Shown in pieces: positions 1 through 14,475 of a stretch of 64,000 nucleotides of DNA; the stretch's first letter is position 1; each line of letters begins with the position of its first letter. Made by a program: the position numbers and the translations under genes. The notes beneath the pieces were generated by a model. It had not been told where the DNA came from, made no database searches, and saw only the letters and a program-made list of their open reading frames with translations. This stretch comes from Eledone cirrhosa (Eukaryota): positions 179,924,001 through 179,988,000 of the forward strand of contig OZ024743.1 in the NCBI GenBank assembly GCA_964016885.1, read 5' to 3'.

Positions 1-650
1 TGTGCGTTTGTGAGTGCGTGTCTCGCCCGTCCTTTGTTAGTTTTTATTCTATATTTCATATTATATGGAGGGTGTATCTATCTGTGTCACCTTTTATATT
101 TGTCCTTGTGTGTCCTTATAATGTTCTCAATCTCCTAGCCATGGGTTTGTTGTTATTTCATTCATGCTTTCTATTGAGTTTAGGTTTACATCCAGTCATA
201 TGTGTGGCTTCCTTGATAAGTATGAGCATTGTATCTGATCGGTGTGTTGATATATATTTATTTCAATGTTTTCTAGTAAACCCCCAGGTGTTCTCGTCTG
301 TGCTCTTTCGTCCTGTCTCCTATAGTGTGAGACTTTTCAGTTATATATAGTGTTGTCCTATTTCTAAATCGTCCCCTTGTCCATCTTATGCTATAAACTA
401 CATTTCTATTTTTATACTTTATCTGTGGGCTTACTTTACAGACAATACAGTTTCTATCAGTATACGGGGATTTCATAAAAGGGTAAGTTCTGCTGCCCGG
501 GACTTTTATGGGAATTCCTTACTTTTTATGCGTTGATATTAATTTTAATTCATCTAAAGCCCCTTTAAGTCTATAAGCTTGTTCAGCTCAGGAGGTGGCA
601 TTGACGAACATCCCAGTCCGGTATTTTTCTTGTCATACCACGAGTTGAAA
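1..650 (-). mobile_element. Degraded Penelope-like element 3' part (GIY-YIG region)
   Basis: Minus ORF 273-476 (CIVCKVSPQIKYKNRNVVYSIRW...YITEKSHTIGDRTKEH) is a diverged homolog of the GIY-YIG segment at 10082-10972. Confidence 0.8.
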
Positions 651-732
651 TGTATTCCCTCTATCCTTTTACATGGTGTAATCGACTGCCCGGAGCCCTG
701 GAAATGTTTTCCCTATATTCTATTTAATAAGG

Positions 733-968
733 ATCGATGGGATCCCAGACTTCATTGAAGTGGAACTCGTCAAATCGGACCAAGGAATGAATATTTCCAT
801 TGGTTTTTCCTATTGCTAATACTATCTAGTGGTCACTACTTCTAGCATAGAGAGCAACGTGAAATTAAATGTCTTCTCAAGAACATAACGTAACGCCCGG
901 TTCGGGAATCGAATTCATAATCTCACATTTGCGAATCCAATTCTCCAGCCACTAAGCCACGTTCCTTC
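733..968 (-). mobile_element. tRNA-derived CORE-type SINE
   Basis: Minus strand has B-box-like TTCGATTCCCG and a CORE-like TTCTTGAGAAGACATTT; similar copies at 11525-11690 and 40410-40630. Confidence 0.7.
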
Positions 969-1254
969 TAACCGCTATAGTAATTAATATTACTGAGAAA
1001 AACTGTAGTGAAGGACATATAACTTGTGAGAGTATCTTGAAGCGATGTAACATTCCCAGTTTAAAAACAACATTTATCACTTTAATGTCATTTGAAAGAA
1101 TATTACATATAATGCAGAAGCAAAAATATCACAACTTCCCAGTTCACAGCTCATAAATCAATGGTTATTTTGAAACAAATCTCCCTCAAATGATATCCTA
1201 ACTTCGTCAAGATAAAAAAGTATATGTTTATTAAGGTAGTCATCTCTATGGATT

Positions 1255-1390
1255 TACTACTTACTGCTGTAAGAATGAAAGGCAAATCTAAGCACGGCCG
1301 GATTTGGATACAGAACGTAAAGGGTCGTAACTCTATGACAGGAAGCATGCTGTACCACGCTCTACCGATAATGCCAATCAACCGCCCTTT
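1255..1390 (-). mobile_element. tRNA-derived SINE fragment (Meta-domain type)
   Basis: gtaagaatgaaaggcaaa...ctaccgataatgccaatc matches the copy at 2843-3023. Confidence 0.7.
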
Positions 1391-1523
1391 GCCCTTTATG
1401 ACAGTAATACAAATTATCTACTTTTCTCTATTCAACGTTTTCAGTTCAGTTAGTAATACTATAAGTGAAATATATGTTACTTTTTACATACATCGGTATT
1501 CTTTTGACTGTTTGTTAACCTGA

Positions 1524-1559
<36 letters not shown>

Positions 1560-1605
1560 TAAAATATATATATATAGAGAGAGAGAGAGGTAGAGAGAGA
1601 GAGAG

Positions 1606-1639
<34 letters not shown>

Positions 1640-1643
<4 letters not shown>

Positions 1644-1790
1644 GACGCCGACGGCTGAGCTCCAGCCGTTTCGACAGCTGGATACGTCGGGGTGCTGACG
1701 CTTTTTATATTACCCACTCTACTACCCTAAGTATTGAGTACTCTGGTGCCTTATGGTCCACCTGATATCCTACCTCACCCGCTTTGTTAT
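1640..1790. mobile_element. PLE family-2 pLTR relic with short fold-back
   Basis: Shares GAAACGGC..GCCGTC and gagtactctggtgc..ttatggtccacctg with 23125-23270 and 62650-62810. Confidence 0.65.
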
Positions 1791-1805
1791 ATATATATGT
1801 ATGTT

Positions 1806-1851
<46 letters not shown>

Positions 1852-1924
1852 ATACATATATATACATATATATGCATATATATATATGTGTGTGTTTGTC
1901 TATATATACGTATATATGTATAGT

Positions 1925-1957
<33 letters not shown>

Positions 1958-1959
1958 GT

Positions 1960-1993
<34 letters not shown>

Positions 1994-2004
1994 ATAACAA
2001 TATA

Positions 2005-2475
2005 TATATTATTATACCTTGGGAGTGTCATGCTGCCAATAAAAACACACGCACCTGTCGGTTTTTAATTCAATTTATAAATTTCCGGTTGGTTAGTTGG
2101 TTCGAAAACCGGATGATTGTTTATATATTGTCAAAGCACTTTCGACACACATTCTGTGACCTCCTCAGTGACTGGATTTTTATTTTGTGTCCCTCTCTTT
2201 TTCTTGTGTGTTGTGCGCTGTTCCCTTGGTTTGTGAATGCGTTACATCCGGGTATGTGTGAGTTTTTATTTATTTATGTCTTTAATTCCTTGTTACTAAT
2301 TGGTTGCTTGTTCGATCTGTGTGTGTCCGGTTTGTCTTATAGCTTCGGTCTTTTTGTGTGTCTGTATGTCTTCATTTTGTCCTTAATTACTAGTTGTGAT
2401 GTTGCTATTCAACTCAGGTTTTCTGTTTAATTTTGGTTAGAATTTGAATTATATCCATTGCTGAATCAAATAACA
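2005..2475 (-). mobile_element. Old PLE family-1 pLTR / 3' end with hammerhead (2130-2172)
   Basis: Diverged reverse complement of about 10900-11480; minus strand reads gtca CTGAGGA GGTCAC..GTGTC GAAAG TG CTT tgac. Confidence 0.8.
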
Positions 2476-2516
2476 CAAATGTATACACACACACAGACAC
2501 ACACACACACACGCAC

Positions 2517-2607
<91 letters not shown>

Positions 2608-2662
2608 GAGAGAGAGACATACATATATACATACACACATACATTATATATGAGTGTGTGTG

Positions 2663-2715
<53 letters not shown>

Positions 2716-2842
2716 TGTGTGTGTTTGTAAAGTCAAGCAATATCATGGAATATATTACAATAACTGTCTTAAACGTGCAACACCTGGTTTACCTATTCAG
2801 CTGCAGATCAATTTTCCATAATGTTCCATACTCAATTAATTG

Positions 2843-3023
2843 TTTCTACGTTAGGCACAAGGCCAGCAATTACCCAGTGCATTACTGGTACTTTATTTTA
2901 TCGACCCCGTAAGGATGAAAGGCAAAGTCAACCTCGGCGGGATTTGAACTCAGATCGTAAAGGGACGTAACTGTACTGGAAAGCATGGCGTCCGACCCTC
3001 TACCGATACTGCCAATCCACCGA
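2843..3023 (-). mobile_element. tRNA-derived Meta-domain SINE
   Basis: Minus strand GAGTTCAAATCC B-box then GACTTTGCCTTTCATCCTTACGGGGTCGATAAAATAAAGTACCAG; further copies near 4590, 11740, 12465, 29700, 30893, 36930 and 52010. Confidence 0.8.
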
Positions 3024-4272
3024 CTCAATTAATACCATTGTATTGTTGTTGTTGTGGTATCGGTGTTGGTTGTTCCTTCCATTAATAGATATATTCAATG
3101 TCGGAATTTGAGTTGAAGTGGTAGAATAGCTTTAGTTTAAATTAACTTGAAACTTGAAATATCTTATATTAATTTGGAATGTGCTTCGGGCAAGTTTGGT
3201 TGAGGAATTTTCATGGCATTTGGATTAGAATTTCATGTTGCGCTGCTGGAGATAGCACTGCACAGTCTTTAGCAATCTACTACACTGGCTATAGAAAGTG
3301 TCATACATGTTGCACTAACTCACTTAGTCTCCTATATTTCAAACTAAACTTTGAATATGTACTATGAGGGATTATAGTCCACCATTTCATAACTGACAGC
3401 CTTTGGTTGATATTAGTGCGTAGATTAGATGTATTGTTCAATGGTTACTTGTGACAATTGGTCAACCTATATTGCAAATAGACTCTTCGCCTCATTAAAG
3501 AGTAAGGCTGGTACGTAGATTGTAACTTGTTGAACAGGGTCTAGTTCAGATAAAATCTGAGTTTGTTGGTGTCGAGAAGAGGAGCACGATGAATTGATGA
3601 TCGAAGACAAGATCAAATGGTAAATAATTTCAGGGGTGCATAAAAGGCTAGAACTTCGTCATAATGTTTGCCTGGTTCCTCATTTTCTTGACTCTGGAAG
3701 GATGGAAAGGAAAGCCGTCTTAGGCTTGATTCGAATGCAGAAATTAAAGATTTAGAATAGATACGCCAGGGAATGTTTTCCGACACTCAATGAAAATTAG
3801 CGAGTGAGTTATCACAATTAACGAATGATTTCTTTATCAATGTTTATATCTAATTAAAAGGAAATTGAGTTCGTAAGCGGTAGATGTTTAAACAGGAACA
3901 TGGTATATAAAAAAGCCCAGTAGAAATTAAAATTAAAAACATAGTTTCGAGCGAATAATCGAACATGAAAATGGATTTTGTTTCAAAAAATTTAAACAGC
4001 AACATGGCTTATGGGTGTTTTAAATAATATCAGAAAAAAATTGTAACATTTGTTTTGTCTACTCTTCTAATATGTAGACAAATAAATTCACGATCAAACT
4101 GTTAAATAATGTTTGTAGGTTAATGTTCCTTTCTGTTTTAGATTTAACAAAGTACGAAAGACAGGTGTGGGGGTGGGGGTAAAATGACTTTCATATATTG
4201 GCTATATATGAATACTTAATTCGAAATACATAAATATTTCCTTTAATCCTATGTAACTTCAAAGAAAGGAAT

Positions 4273-4310
<38 letters not shown>

Positions 4311-4317
4311 TATTTAT

Positions 4318-4391
<74 letters not shown>

Positions 4392-4589
4392 GAGAGTGTA
4401 AGTAGAATCGAAGTCAGTGTTGCAGCATATGCACTAACTTTATTGGCATATTGCAATTGCTTCGATATAGATCAGTTCAGGGTACAAAATGACGAGGCCC
4501 GACTCATCTTCAACATCTCCTCAGATATGCGAGTTTTTATGTGCAAGGACACACTTGCCCAGTCTACTATGTACACATTTATTATCATA

Positions 4590-4740
4590 TAGGTGAATTG
4601 GCAGATTCGTTACAACGTCGGATAGAATGCTTTGCGGAATTCGTTTCGGCTCTCTGCTCTCTGTGTTCAAATACCTGAGGGGTCAACTTTGCCTTTCATC
4701 CATTCGAGGTCTATCAAAAAAATACCAGTCTGGTATTAGG
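4590..4740 (+). mobile_element. Meta-domain SINE copy
   Basis: gttcaaatacctgaggggtcaactttgcctttcatccattcgaggtctatcaaaaaaataccag. Confidence 0.7.
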
Positions 4741-5614
4741 ATTGATTCTTCCTTTATATGTCTTTATCATTTCCATCCTCTCACTCTATCCTTTTCTGGA
4801 AGAAATCTGTTTGTAACAGACCAGAAGAGGAGATTTAATCTGCGAGGTTTCATGATGCCATTGAGACGCCTTATGTTAATAGGGCGCCTCGATGACTCAT
4901 TCGGGTTTTAAGGGATCATGTATGCACATCAACTAACTATTCACATATATACCCACATACTGAAGCTGACAGAAATATTTATCCCTGTAAATCATAACTT
5001 GTTTAAGCATTTCTATGTTTGTGGTATATAGAAATAACGAACATATCGATATATAGAGTTGACGATTAAGTAAAAAGTACCATTAACTGAGAGGAAAGAT
5101 AGAGAAAGGAAGAATAAGACGAGAAAAGCAGCAGAAGGATTTAAAGGTAGTATGTTCGTAGTCAAAGAGTATAAAAATAGAAGTTAGATTGTAGCTAAAA
5201 TAAACACGTCTTTTTATTGAAGAATATTGTATAGATTCTCACGTACCTTCGTTAAGAAGCTGTTATCGACTAATATAGGTAATCAATAAAAGGAAATCGT
5301 TGATCATCAATAACATTGGTAGCAGAACGTTTAATCTCTTATTTGAACTTAGACCGTATAGGCTGAAGGACATTCGAAAACGTTGATAGATAAGGTTTCA
5401 TAAATATCATGTATTGTACCATTCAGACAAATTAATGAAATCTTAGATTATATTTGAGGAGGGGATTCAACAAAAATAATATAATAAATACATTAACATA
5501 CAAATCATAATATTGTGTAACTTCGTTTCTAAAAAGACAAAATGTATTATCACGTATATCCCCAGGCCTGATCAAACATACACATATATACATTTACGTG
5601 TATATGTATGCATG

Positions 5615-6230
<616 letters not shown>

Positions 6231-6843
6231 TGGTGGCTGCCAACTCGTTTTCGAGTACGGCCACTACTTCATATCCATGTAGGAGAACCCCTACTGATGC
6301 GCTGAACGAGTGTGACTTTTTAGTCCAGCCAGCGACTTGAAAACTCTGGTACAAACACTATACTTGTGACAATTATTGACACATAGTGCTGGGCCCATGG
6401 TACCATGTGACGACAAGTGCAGAGAGATCTCCAGATATAAAGCAATACCTGTGCCGTGAAGCTTTTATAGTGAGCAAAGGCACTGCACAAAGCCAGTCCC
6501 ACTCTCTTAACCAAGATGATATTTACCAAAAAGAAGAACAAGTCAACATCATTGGATACCATCAGAGTTGCAGGTGTTATATCAGAGTTTTCCTTCTCCT
6601 AGAATTCTGCCTTGACAAAGGCTAAGGGGTCATCTCTCCCGGTGATTTTGGATGGCCATTGACTCTTAAGAGCTCCTTTGCCCTTTGACAGGTTTTGTTT
6701 TTAGTCCTGCAGGATGTCTAAAGTCACCCTCCTCACCAAGAAACCTTGGTGGGGTTGCCAGTTTAGTCGCCAATGACACGACCATGAGACAGGTTGTACT
6801 GGGATACATGTTACCAGTAGCACCAACTGGTGACCTGACATGA
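6231..6843 (-). mobile_element. ~600 bp non-autonomous RTE-related element, copy 1
   Basis: Near-identical copies at 16454-17064 and 54074-54674, partial at 14476-14722; minus strand carries AGAAGGAAAACTCTGA typical of RTE 5' UTRs; no coding capacity. Confidence 0.75.
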
Positions 6844-6861
6844 ACATATATATATATATAC

Positions 6862-7079
<218 letters not shown>

Positions 7080-7281
7080 CGTTTCTGAATTTGTTTAGCA
7101 AAATTCTTTATCTGAAATCGTGTGTTGAAACCGATATTGTTATACTTTGGGAGGGACATGTTGTCAATAAGAAACACACGCACCAGTTGCTTTCACTTCA
7201 ATTTATCATATATTTATAAATTTATAAATATATAATAAATTGAAGTGAAAGCAACTGGTGCGTGTGTTTCTTATTGGCAAC

Positions 7282-10200
7282 ATGACCCTCCCAAAGTATA
7301 ACAATATCGGTTTCAACACACGATTTCAGATAAAGAATCTTGCTAAACAAATTCAGAAACGAAATATCGTAAGCCTTAGCCAGGCTAACAAGATACTGAA
7401 AACCACCATGTTCTGTTGTCTACGAAAAACCATAACATCTCGACAACTACACTTCATAAAGCTGTGCACCACTTCTAGAATCTACACCAACACCATCAAT
7501 ACCGACGTTAGAAGATTACAACTCACCAAAAAACAAGCAGATAGGCTAAAACGAACTTTAATTCTAAACATAAAAAAGAAGATCTATCGAGAATTAAGTC
7601 ATCAAGAAAAACAAAAGCGTAACCTAATACAAGAAATAGCTATAATCACCACACCAACAGAAAAACTAATATTTATAAGCCTTATACGCCCCGAAGAACA
7701 GTAAATTACTCAAGAATGTGATAAGCACTTTAACAGGAAACTAAAGTGGCTTAAACAGGCAAAGCTAAATCGGGATACTATAGAGTATACCAATAGATAT
7801 CCCGACAAAATTGACGGTATCAACATGGCCGACACCTCATTATCAGAAGAGTTCAACAACAAAAATACCAACATCTATGGGAACACGGAAATAGATAATA
7901 ATGAAATGTCTGTGTTATGTCTGCCGCCCAAATTTGCGACATTCAAGAAGGTAAATATGATTAGTTGTCTGACAGAAATAGAAAAATCATTTACGAAACT
8001 ACGCTGGAGCATCAAAAACAAAAGCAACAATATACGCACACACATTTACAACACACATCCCAACAACAACAGACACACAGACACAAACAACAATAACAAC
8101 AACATACACATCAACAACAACAACAATAGCAACATACCCAGATACAACAACAACAGACACGCAGACACAAACAACAATAAGAACACACACAACAACGATA
8201 ACACACACGGAGACAACAACAATACACATCAACAACAGCACACATCAATAACAACAACACACACGCATTCAATGCCGCTCACCACCATCACAATCTTAAC
8301 AAACACACAGACACAGAAAATAAGTAATGACAGTAGCACAGAAATCAGAGAAATAAGGGAAAGTAATAGGATTAAAAGGAAAAGGAGATGGGAGACTAAG
8401 GACAAAGAGAATAACCAAGACAAACGCACAGACACACAAAATAGGGTAGATAAAAACATTGAGCCAGTGGAAAGAGAAAGGAGTAATTATGAGAGACATA
8501 GAAACAACCATGAGGCTGTTGGTGGAAATAGAAATAGAAACAACACAACTAACAATAACAATAGCACTAGTACACATAAAGCAGCAGCCTGGAACTCTCC
8601 GTTTTATAATCCCTCCGATAAATCATTCGACCTGCGACGAGTCCACGCCACGACTTTGCCATTTAACAAACGCACGCAGTTGCCGTCGCAGGTCGATGAA
8701 CAAACAGAAGCACAATTTAGTATAGCTAAATCCGAACTTAGAAATATTATAGAACAGTATAGCAAGAAGCATAATAGAATAGAGGCCCAGCAACTGGGAG
8801 AAAAATCTGCAAATGGCTTGCGTAAGCTCATGCAGCGCTCGCGTAATGGAGAAATAGCATGTTTTCCAACAGACAAGTCTGGCAGAATGTCGGTTGACAG
8901 CCTGCCAAACTACATCCAGGCAATGCAACCCCACATCACTAACACAAGAGAGGTAACACCACAGTAGCATGAGGATAGAGAAAAAGCCCTCAATGCGCAT
9001 ATGGTGATGTGGACGAATATAATGCAGCCCAACAAAAGGACTGCCAAAAACTTCCAGGCCTGGACCAATGACGTGCCGGCGTTGTATGGGCTTCGAAAAG
9101 ACCATAAAACGGGCTGGGACCCTGTCGCGGGACCACCAACACGGCCAGTCTGTGGAGCAAACATTGCTAGTAACTACAGACTGTCCTACTTCCTCTCCCT
9201 GATCATACGCCCCATCATTGAGATGTCCCCAGATGTATGTGACAGCACGGAGGAGCTCCTCAGCAGAATCGGCGCGAGTAACCGATCTGGGGACCTAACA
9301 AACTGCATAATAGGCAGTATGGATGTTGTGTCCTTGTATCCATCTATTGACGTGGATTTTGCTGTGGAGAAATGCGTAGAAATGATCAGCGAGAGCAAGG
9401 TTGAGTTCCGTGGGATTGATACCAGTGAGCTGGAACTTCTACTTAAGCTTACCCATAGTAATAGTTACCTAGACACATAGGACCTTAGCAACCTGTGCCC
9501 TACAAGACCAACAAGAGGCAGACCACCTACCATTACCTCAATGGCCAAGAAAACCCACACAGATAGATGGAACGGGTGGACCAGAGCCATACGGACACCC
9601 GAAAACCACGATGAACTGAAGAAAATGATTGCACATGCGGTAGGGGCCAGCATAAAATTAACCCTTAAGGAACATATGTTCAAATTTAATGGTAAAACAT
9701 ATGCCCAAGAGGAAGGAGCAGCCATTGGTGTTAGCATTGCAGGCGACATAGCTAACTTATTCATGGTATGGTGGGACAGTAGACGTAAACAAAAACTTAA
9801 AGAACAATTAGAAGACAGCTTAACCCTGATAATATACTCCCGCTACGTAGATGATATAAACATCGTAGTTAAGACACCCCACTAAAGAACAGTCAGGAAC
9901 TAGAGAAAAACACAACGGAAAGCATCCAGCAAATAGCAAACTCCATTACCAGAGCATTAGAGTTACTATAGACTACCCAAGTAGACACCCCAACCATCGA
10001 TTACCTGTACTAGACACAGAGCTCTGGTTAGATACCATTAACAACCAAAAACAAATCCTCCATTCCCATTATACCAAACCCATGACTTCCAAACATCTGA
10101 TCCACCGAAACTCGGCCATTTCGGACCATACCAAAATCAACATACTGATTGCGGATTTGGTACGGGTGATGAGAAATGTGTCCCGCATGTGCAACCCCGA

Positions 10201-10972
10201 AGAACTAGAGAGACACATACAACACTTCATCCACCGTATGCAGTTCTCTGGCTACAATCAGAGAGATAGAATCAGAGTGTATAAAGGAGCCAGAACCAAA
10301 TGGGAAAAAATGGTAAATAATGACATAAATGGGACCTGCCCCTTGTATAGGAGCAAATTTTGGAATAGAATAGAAAGAACTAAGAACAAGGCCAATAGAA
10401 TAAACTCATGGTATGATAGCAATAAATACCAGAGTGTAATGTTCATCAATACAACCCCTAGAGGCGAACTAGCCTACAAATTTAGAAGGGCCCTAAATAA
10501 ACATAAACTCAATATCAAGATAGTAGAAAGACCAGGTTCCTCCGTAAAAACACTTATTAGCAAGACACACCCGTTCCAAAGACCCTCATGTTTAGATAAG
10601 AAATGTATAACCTGTAAAATAAGCCCCCATATTAACTGTAAAACTAGAAATGTAGTGTATAGCATAAGATGTACTGAAGGACAATGTAGAAACAAAAATA
10701 TAGTGTACATAGGTGAGACAGCTCGTAGTATAGGGGAACGAATAAATGAACACTGGCGAGACCTTCAAGATAATAAAGAATCATCTGTGCTCTACCAACA
10801 TGCTAAGATAGAACACAGGGGTAGATTAGAGAACATAGAAATAAAAATAGAAACTACACACAGGAAAGATGCAATGTTTAGGCAAATTACAGAGGCAGTA
10901 AGCATAAAAGAATTACAACCAAAATTAAATAGAAAATATGAGTGGAACAGCAACATCACAACTTACAATTAA
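7282..10972 (+). pseudogene. PLE polyprotein (RT + GIY-YIG endonuclease), disrupted
   Basis: Motifs DKSG, LRKDHK, TRPV, GSMDVVSLYPSI, QEEGAAIG, SRYVDD, LPVLD, CxxC-linker NVVYSIRC..YIGETARS..ERINEH; stops at 7702, 8965 and 9478; frameshifts near 9880-9950. Confidence 0.93.
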
Positions 10973-11273
10973 GGACAAAATGAAAACACACACAGGACAA
11001 AATGAAAACACACACACACATAGAACAAACAACTTACAATTACGGACAAAATGAAAACACACACAGGACAAAATGAAAACACGCACACACATAGAACAAA
11101 CAACCAACCAACAATAAATAAATAAATAAATAAACAAATAGATAAATGAACACAAACACACACAGACACCCGAATGTGGCGCATGCGCAAACTGAGCACA
11201 CAACACACACACAGAAACAAAATGGCGTAGGATAGAAGAAAGGAAAAGCACAGAAACAAAGAAAGGAATCCCC

Positions 11274-11318
11274 AGTCACTGAAGAGGTCACAGAGTGTGT
11301 GACGAAAGGACTATGACT
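11274..11318 (+). ncRNA. Minimal hammerhead ribozyme in PLE pLTR
   Basis: AGTCA-CTGAAGA-GGTCAC agagtgt GTGAC-GAAAG GA CTA-TGACT; same motif at 20628 (-), 20793, 42788 (-, GAAA mutated), 45726 and 49789. Confidence 0.85.
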
Positions 11319-11476
11319 ATATATAAACAACTATCTGGTTGTGGAACCAACCAACCAACCTGAAATTTATAAGTTTGTAGATTTGTAACTTTATAAATTT
11401 ATAAATATATAATAAATTGAAGTGAAAGCAACTGGTGCGTGTGTTTCTTATTGGCAACATGACCGTCCCAAAGTAT

Positions 11477-11524
<48 letters not shown>

Positions 11525-11526
<2 letters not shown>

Positions 11527-11690
11527 GAACGATCGACGTTCGTCAAATCGGACCGAGGGAACAATGTTTCCGTTGGTCTTTCCAATTGCTAATACTATCT
11601 ATCGGTCGCAACTCCAGGTAGAAGGAGCAACGTGAAATAAAGTGTCTTGCTCAAGGACATAACGCGTCGCCTGGTCCAGGAATCGAACTC
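11525..11690 (-). mobile_element. CORE-type SINE fragment
   Basis: Matches 40410-40630 (gcaacgtgaaataaagtgtcttgctcaaggacataacgc..ccaggaatcgaact). Confidence 0.75.
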
Positions 11691-12939
11691 ATATATATAT
11701 ATATATATACACACACATATATATATATATATATATAATTGTTTCTACTTTTTGGCACAAGGCCAGCAATTATTCCAGTGTATTACTTGTACTTTATTTT
11801 ATCGACCCCGTAAGGATTAAAGGCAAAGTTAACCTAGGCAATTAATGATATGATAGATTGAGAGACAGATAGACAGATAGATATGTGCGTTGGCAGTTGT
11901 AGATGTATGTTCATGTGTGAATCACTGTGCTTGTGTGTGGACATAAAACAACATTTCTGTAATTTTCCGATAGCTGACGCAAATTTAGATGATATAGTAA
12001 ATTTTGAAAGATTTATGGTAATCTGTAATTTTTTTCTTTTGGATTCCTCTCATTAAGGATATACAATTTTCCGAAAACATATCAAAGATATTTCTTCCAT
12101 TGTGATATTTCTTATAATAACAGAGAGATCGAAATCAATTTTTTTTTTTCTCTGTTAATTTGCATATTTTAGCTGGGTTCAACGTTGAAAACGTATTGTT
12201 AAGAAGTGTCTATGTTGAAAGTATAAGGTTTACAGGAAACTGAGTTAGCACCATATATGAGATTAAGATATTTAATATATATATTATATTGTATTGTATG
12301 GACCTGTCACCTGCGACGGAGTCGTAGGGGTGCCATATTGCCATACGACGTTTCATAGGATAATTTTATAACTGGCAGAGCTGACCAATCTCCTAGCCCG
12401 AGTACAGCAAATTTCTTTTAAAAAAAAACAGGATAGAGAGCGAGAATAGGGTATAGAGGAAGGATCGACCTCAGTACTTGACTGGTGCTTTTTTATTGCC
12501 TTTAAATGGACGAAAGACGATGACGGCGGGATTCGAACTTAGAGTGCAGAAAACTGGGACAAATACCATAAATGCTTCCTACCCAACGTTCTAACGACTC
12601 CACTATGTTTCCACCTATTCCGCGTGTATTAAGCATTAGTGTCGTCACTGTTATTACGACGTCAGATGCAATTGGAATATTTCCTTACAGCTCTCTACAA
12701 TGCGGTTTCAAATTGCGCCGAATTCAACACTAAATGTCTTCCTGCAGAGGTTGATAACATCGACATCTTCAAGATGGCAGGCTTTTCGTCTTGTGCCAAT
12801 ATTAAGAATAATCAAGCGAGGTAGGAGTGTTAGAGCGTCGGATAAAATCCTTTGCAGAATTTAGCTGCGAATCTTTACGTTTTGAGTTCAAATCTCGGCG
12901 AAGATATATACATATGTATATATTTTTGTGCATATATAT

Positions 12940-13790
12940 ATATAATGAAAATAAAAGTTACGGGCGAAAGAGGGTAATATCCATCGTCAGTTGTCTGCTA
13001 GGAATCATAGGTATTTCTTCGCGAACAATAACTAAAATAAGTTATTGGGATAAAAGGGGGGGGGGATGTAAACAGACACGAGAGAGAGAACAAAATGTAA
13101 ACAGACATTTGTCTCTATCGCGAAGAAATACCTATGATTCCTAGCAGACAACTGACGATGGATATTGCCCTCTTTCGTCCATAACTTTTATTTTCATCAT
13201 ACTTAATTGCAACCACACAGCTCGCCATTTTTTTTTTCATATAAGTTTCCTTCTCCGCTGTGACCCGTCTCTCTCCCCCTTCTCTCTCCTTCTCCCTCTT
13301 ACTTTCGCTCACCCCCCTCTGCTAGTCACCTTCTCTCGGCTAGCCTGCCACAATAACCATCTCTTTCTCGTTCCTCTTACTTTCACTCACTCTCTCTCTG
13401 CTAGTCACCCTCTTTCCGCTAGCTCACTTCCTCTCTCGTCCGCCACTGTAAGCAGTCTCTTCTCTCACTTACACGGCAACAGCTAAGATGTGTCTTTTTT
13501 CTCTCATCAAACTCGCCAGATCTTATGTTCGAAATGAGTTGTTGACTTGATATTTTTCCTCTATTTACGCTGCTTCACCCTTCGTGTCTGTTTAAATTGT
13601 CCTCCACCCCCTTTTTCATCCCAATAACTTATTTTAGTTATTGTTCACACTAGGCTGAGGTATTTTGTCTCTAACGCGAAGAAATACCTATAATTCCTAG
13701 CAGACAATTGACGATGGATATTGCCCTCTTTCACCCGTAACTTTTATTTTCATAATACTTAAATGCAACCACACAGCTCGCCATTTTTTC

Positions 13791-13793
<3 letters not shown>
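12940..13793. mobile_element. Non-coding fold-back plus direct-repeat element (pLTR-like) in (TA)n
   Basis: 12944-13115 inverted relative to about 13590-13760; 13117-13230 directly repeated at 13676-13790; only a degenerate HHR core (CTGACGA..GTAAC). Confidence 0.7.
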
Positions 13794-13862
<69 letters not shown>

Positions 13863-13864
13863 AA

Positions 13865-14455
13865 ATAGATAGATATGTTTCTTTTATTTGCCACCAGGGC
13901 ATCAAATGTGGGACAAGTACAATAGGGGGAGTTTACAAAACAAGGCGTCCTCAATAAGGAGGAGGCAATAACAAAATATAAAAATAAAATAAAATATAAC
14001 AAAAAATAAAATTTATAACAAAATCCTCAATAGAGAGGAGGCGCCTTGGGGGTCGCACACACCCCCGAAAAAAGTGTGCAACCCTTCTCCTCAGGAGCAC
14101 AGAGAGGGGGTGCTCCCTCGTTCCTTCCTATTTTCCACCTACAGGCTTATGTAAAGAGAAGGCCCATTTACACGAGCTATTCTCACCATTTTCACCCACC
14201 TTTCATAAAAACGACTGAGGTGGAGCACCTCTCTCTCCATCCTGATCCTTCTTCCGAAATGATATCGGAAGAAACGGACCAGTTGTTGGCCAGAGAGAAA
14301 GGTGCCTGACCTCAGTCCTTTCAGACGCGTCCACCATACAACTTCTTTCACCATGGCTATTACGCACAGAAACACCGCCTCTCCTTCATCTTTGAAGGGG
14401 GGGGGGGGGGGGGGGGCGGCTTGATCATTACAATAGACTCGGTGGTCAATCGGAT
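13865..14455 (-). mobile_element. Tx1/L1-like LINE 3' end
   Basis: Minus-frame AMVKEVVWWTRLKGL..FFRYHFGRRIRMEREVL..FYERW resembles a Tx1 ORF2 C-terminus; 3' UTR with AATAAA. Confidence 0.65.
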
Positions 14456-14475
14456 CGCTCCCACATACATACATA

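Noticed and set aside
6320-6625. ORFs recurring at 14566, 16543 and 54230 (MLGPWYHVTTSAERSPD..)
   Set aside because: Recurrence reflects copies of one non-coding repeat; no recognisable domain
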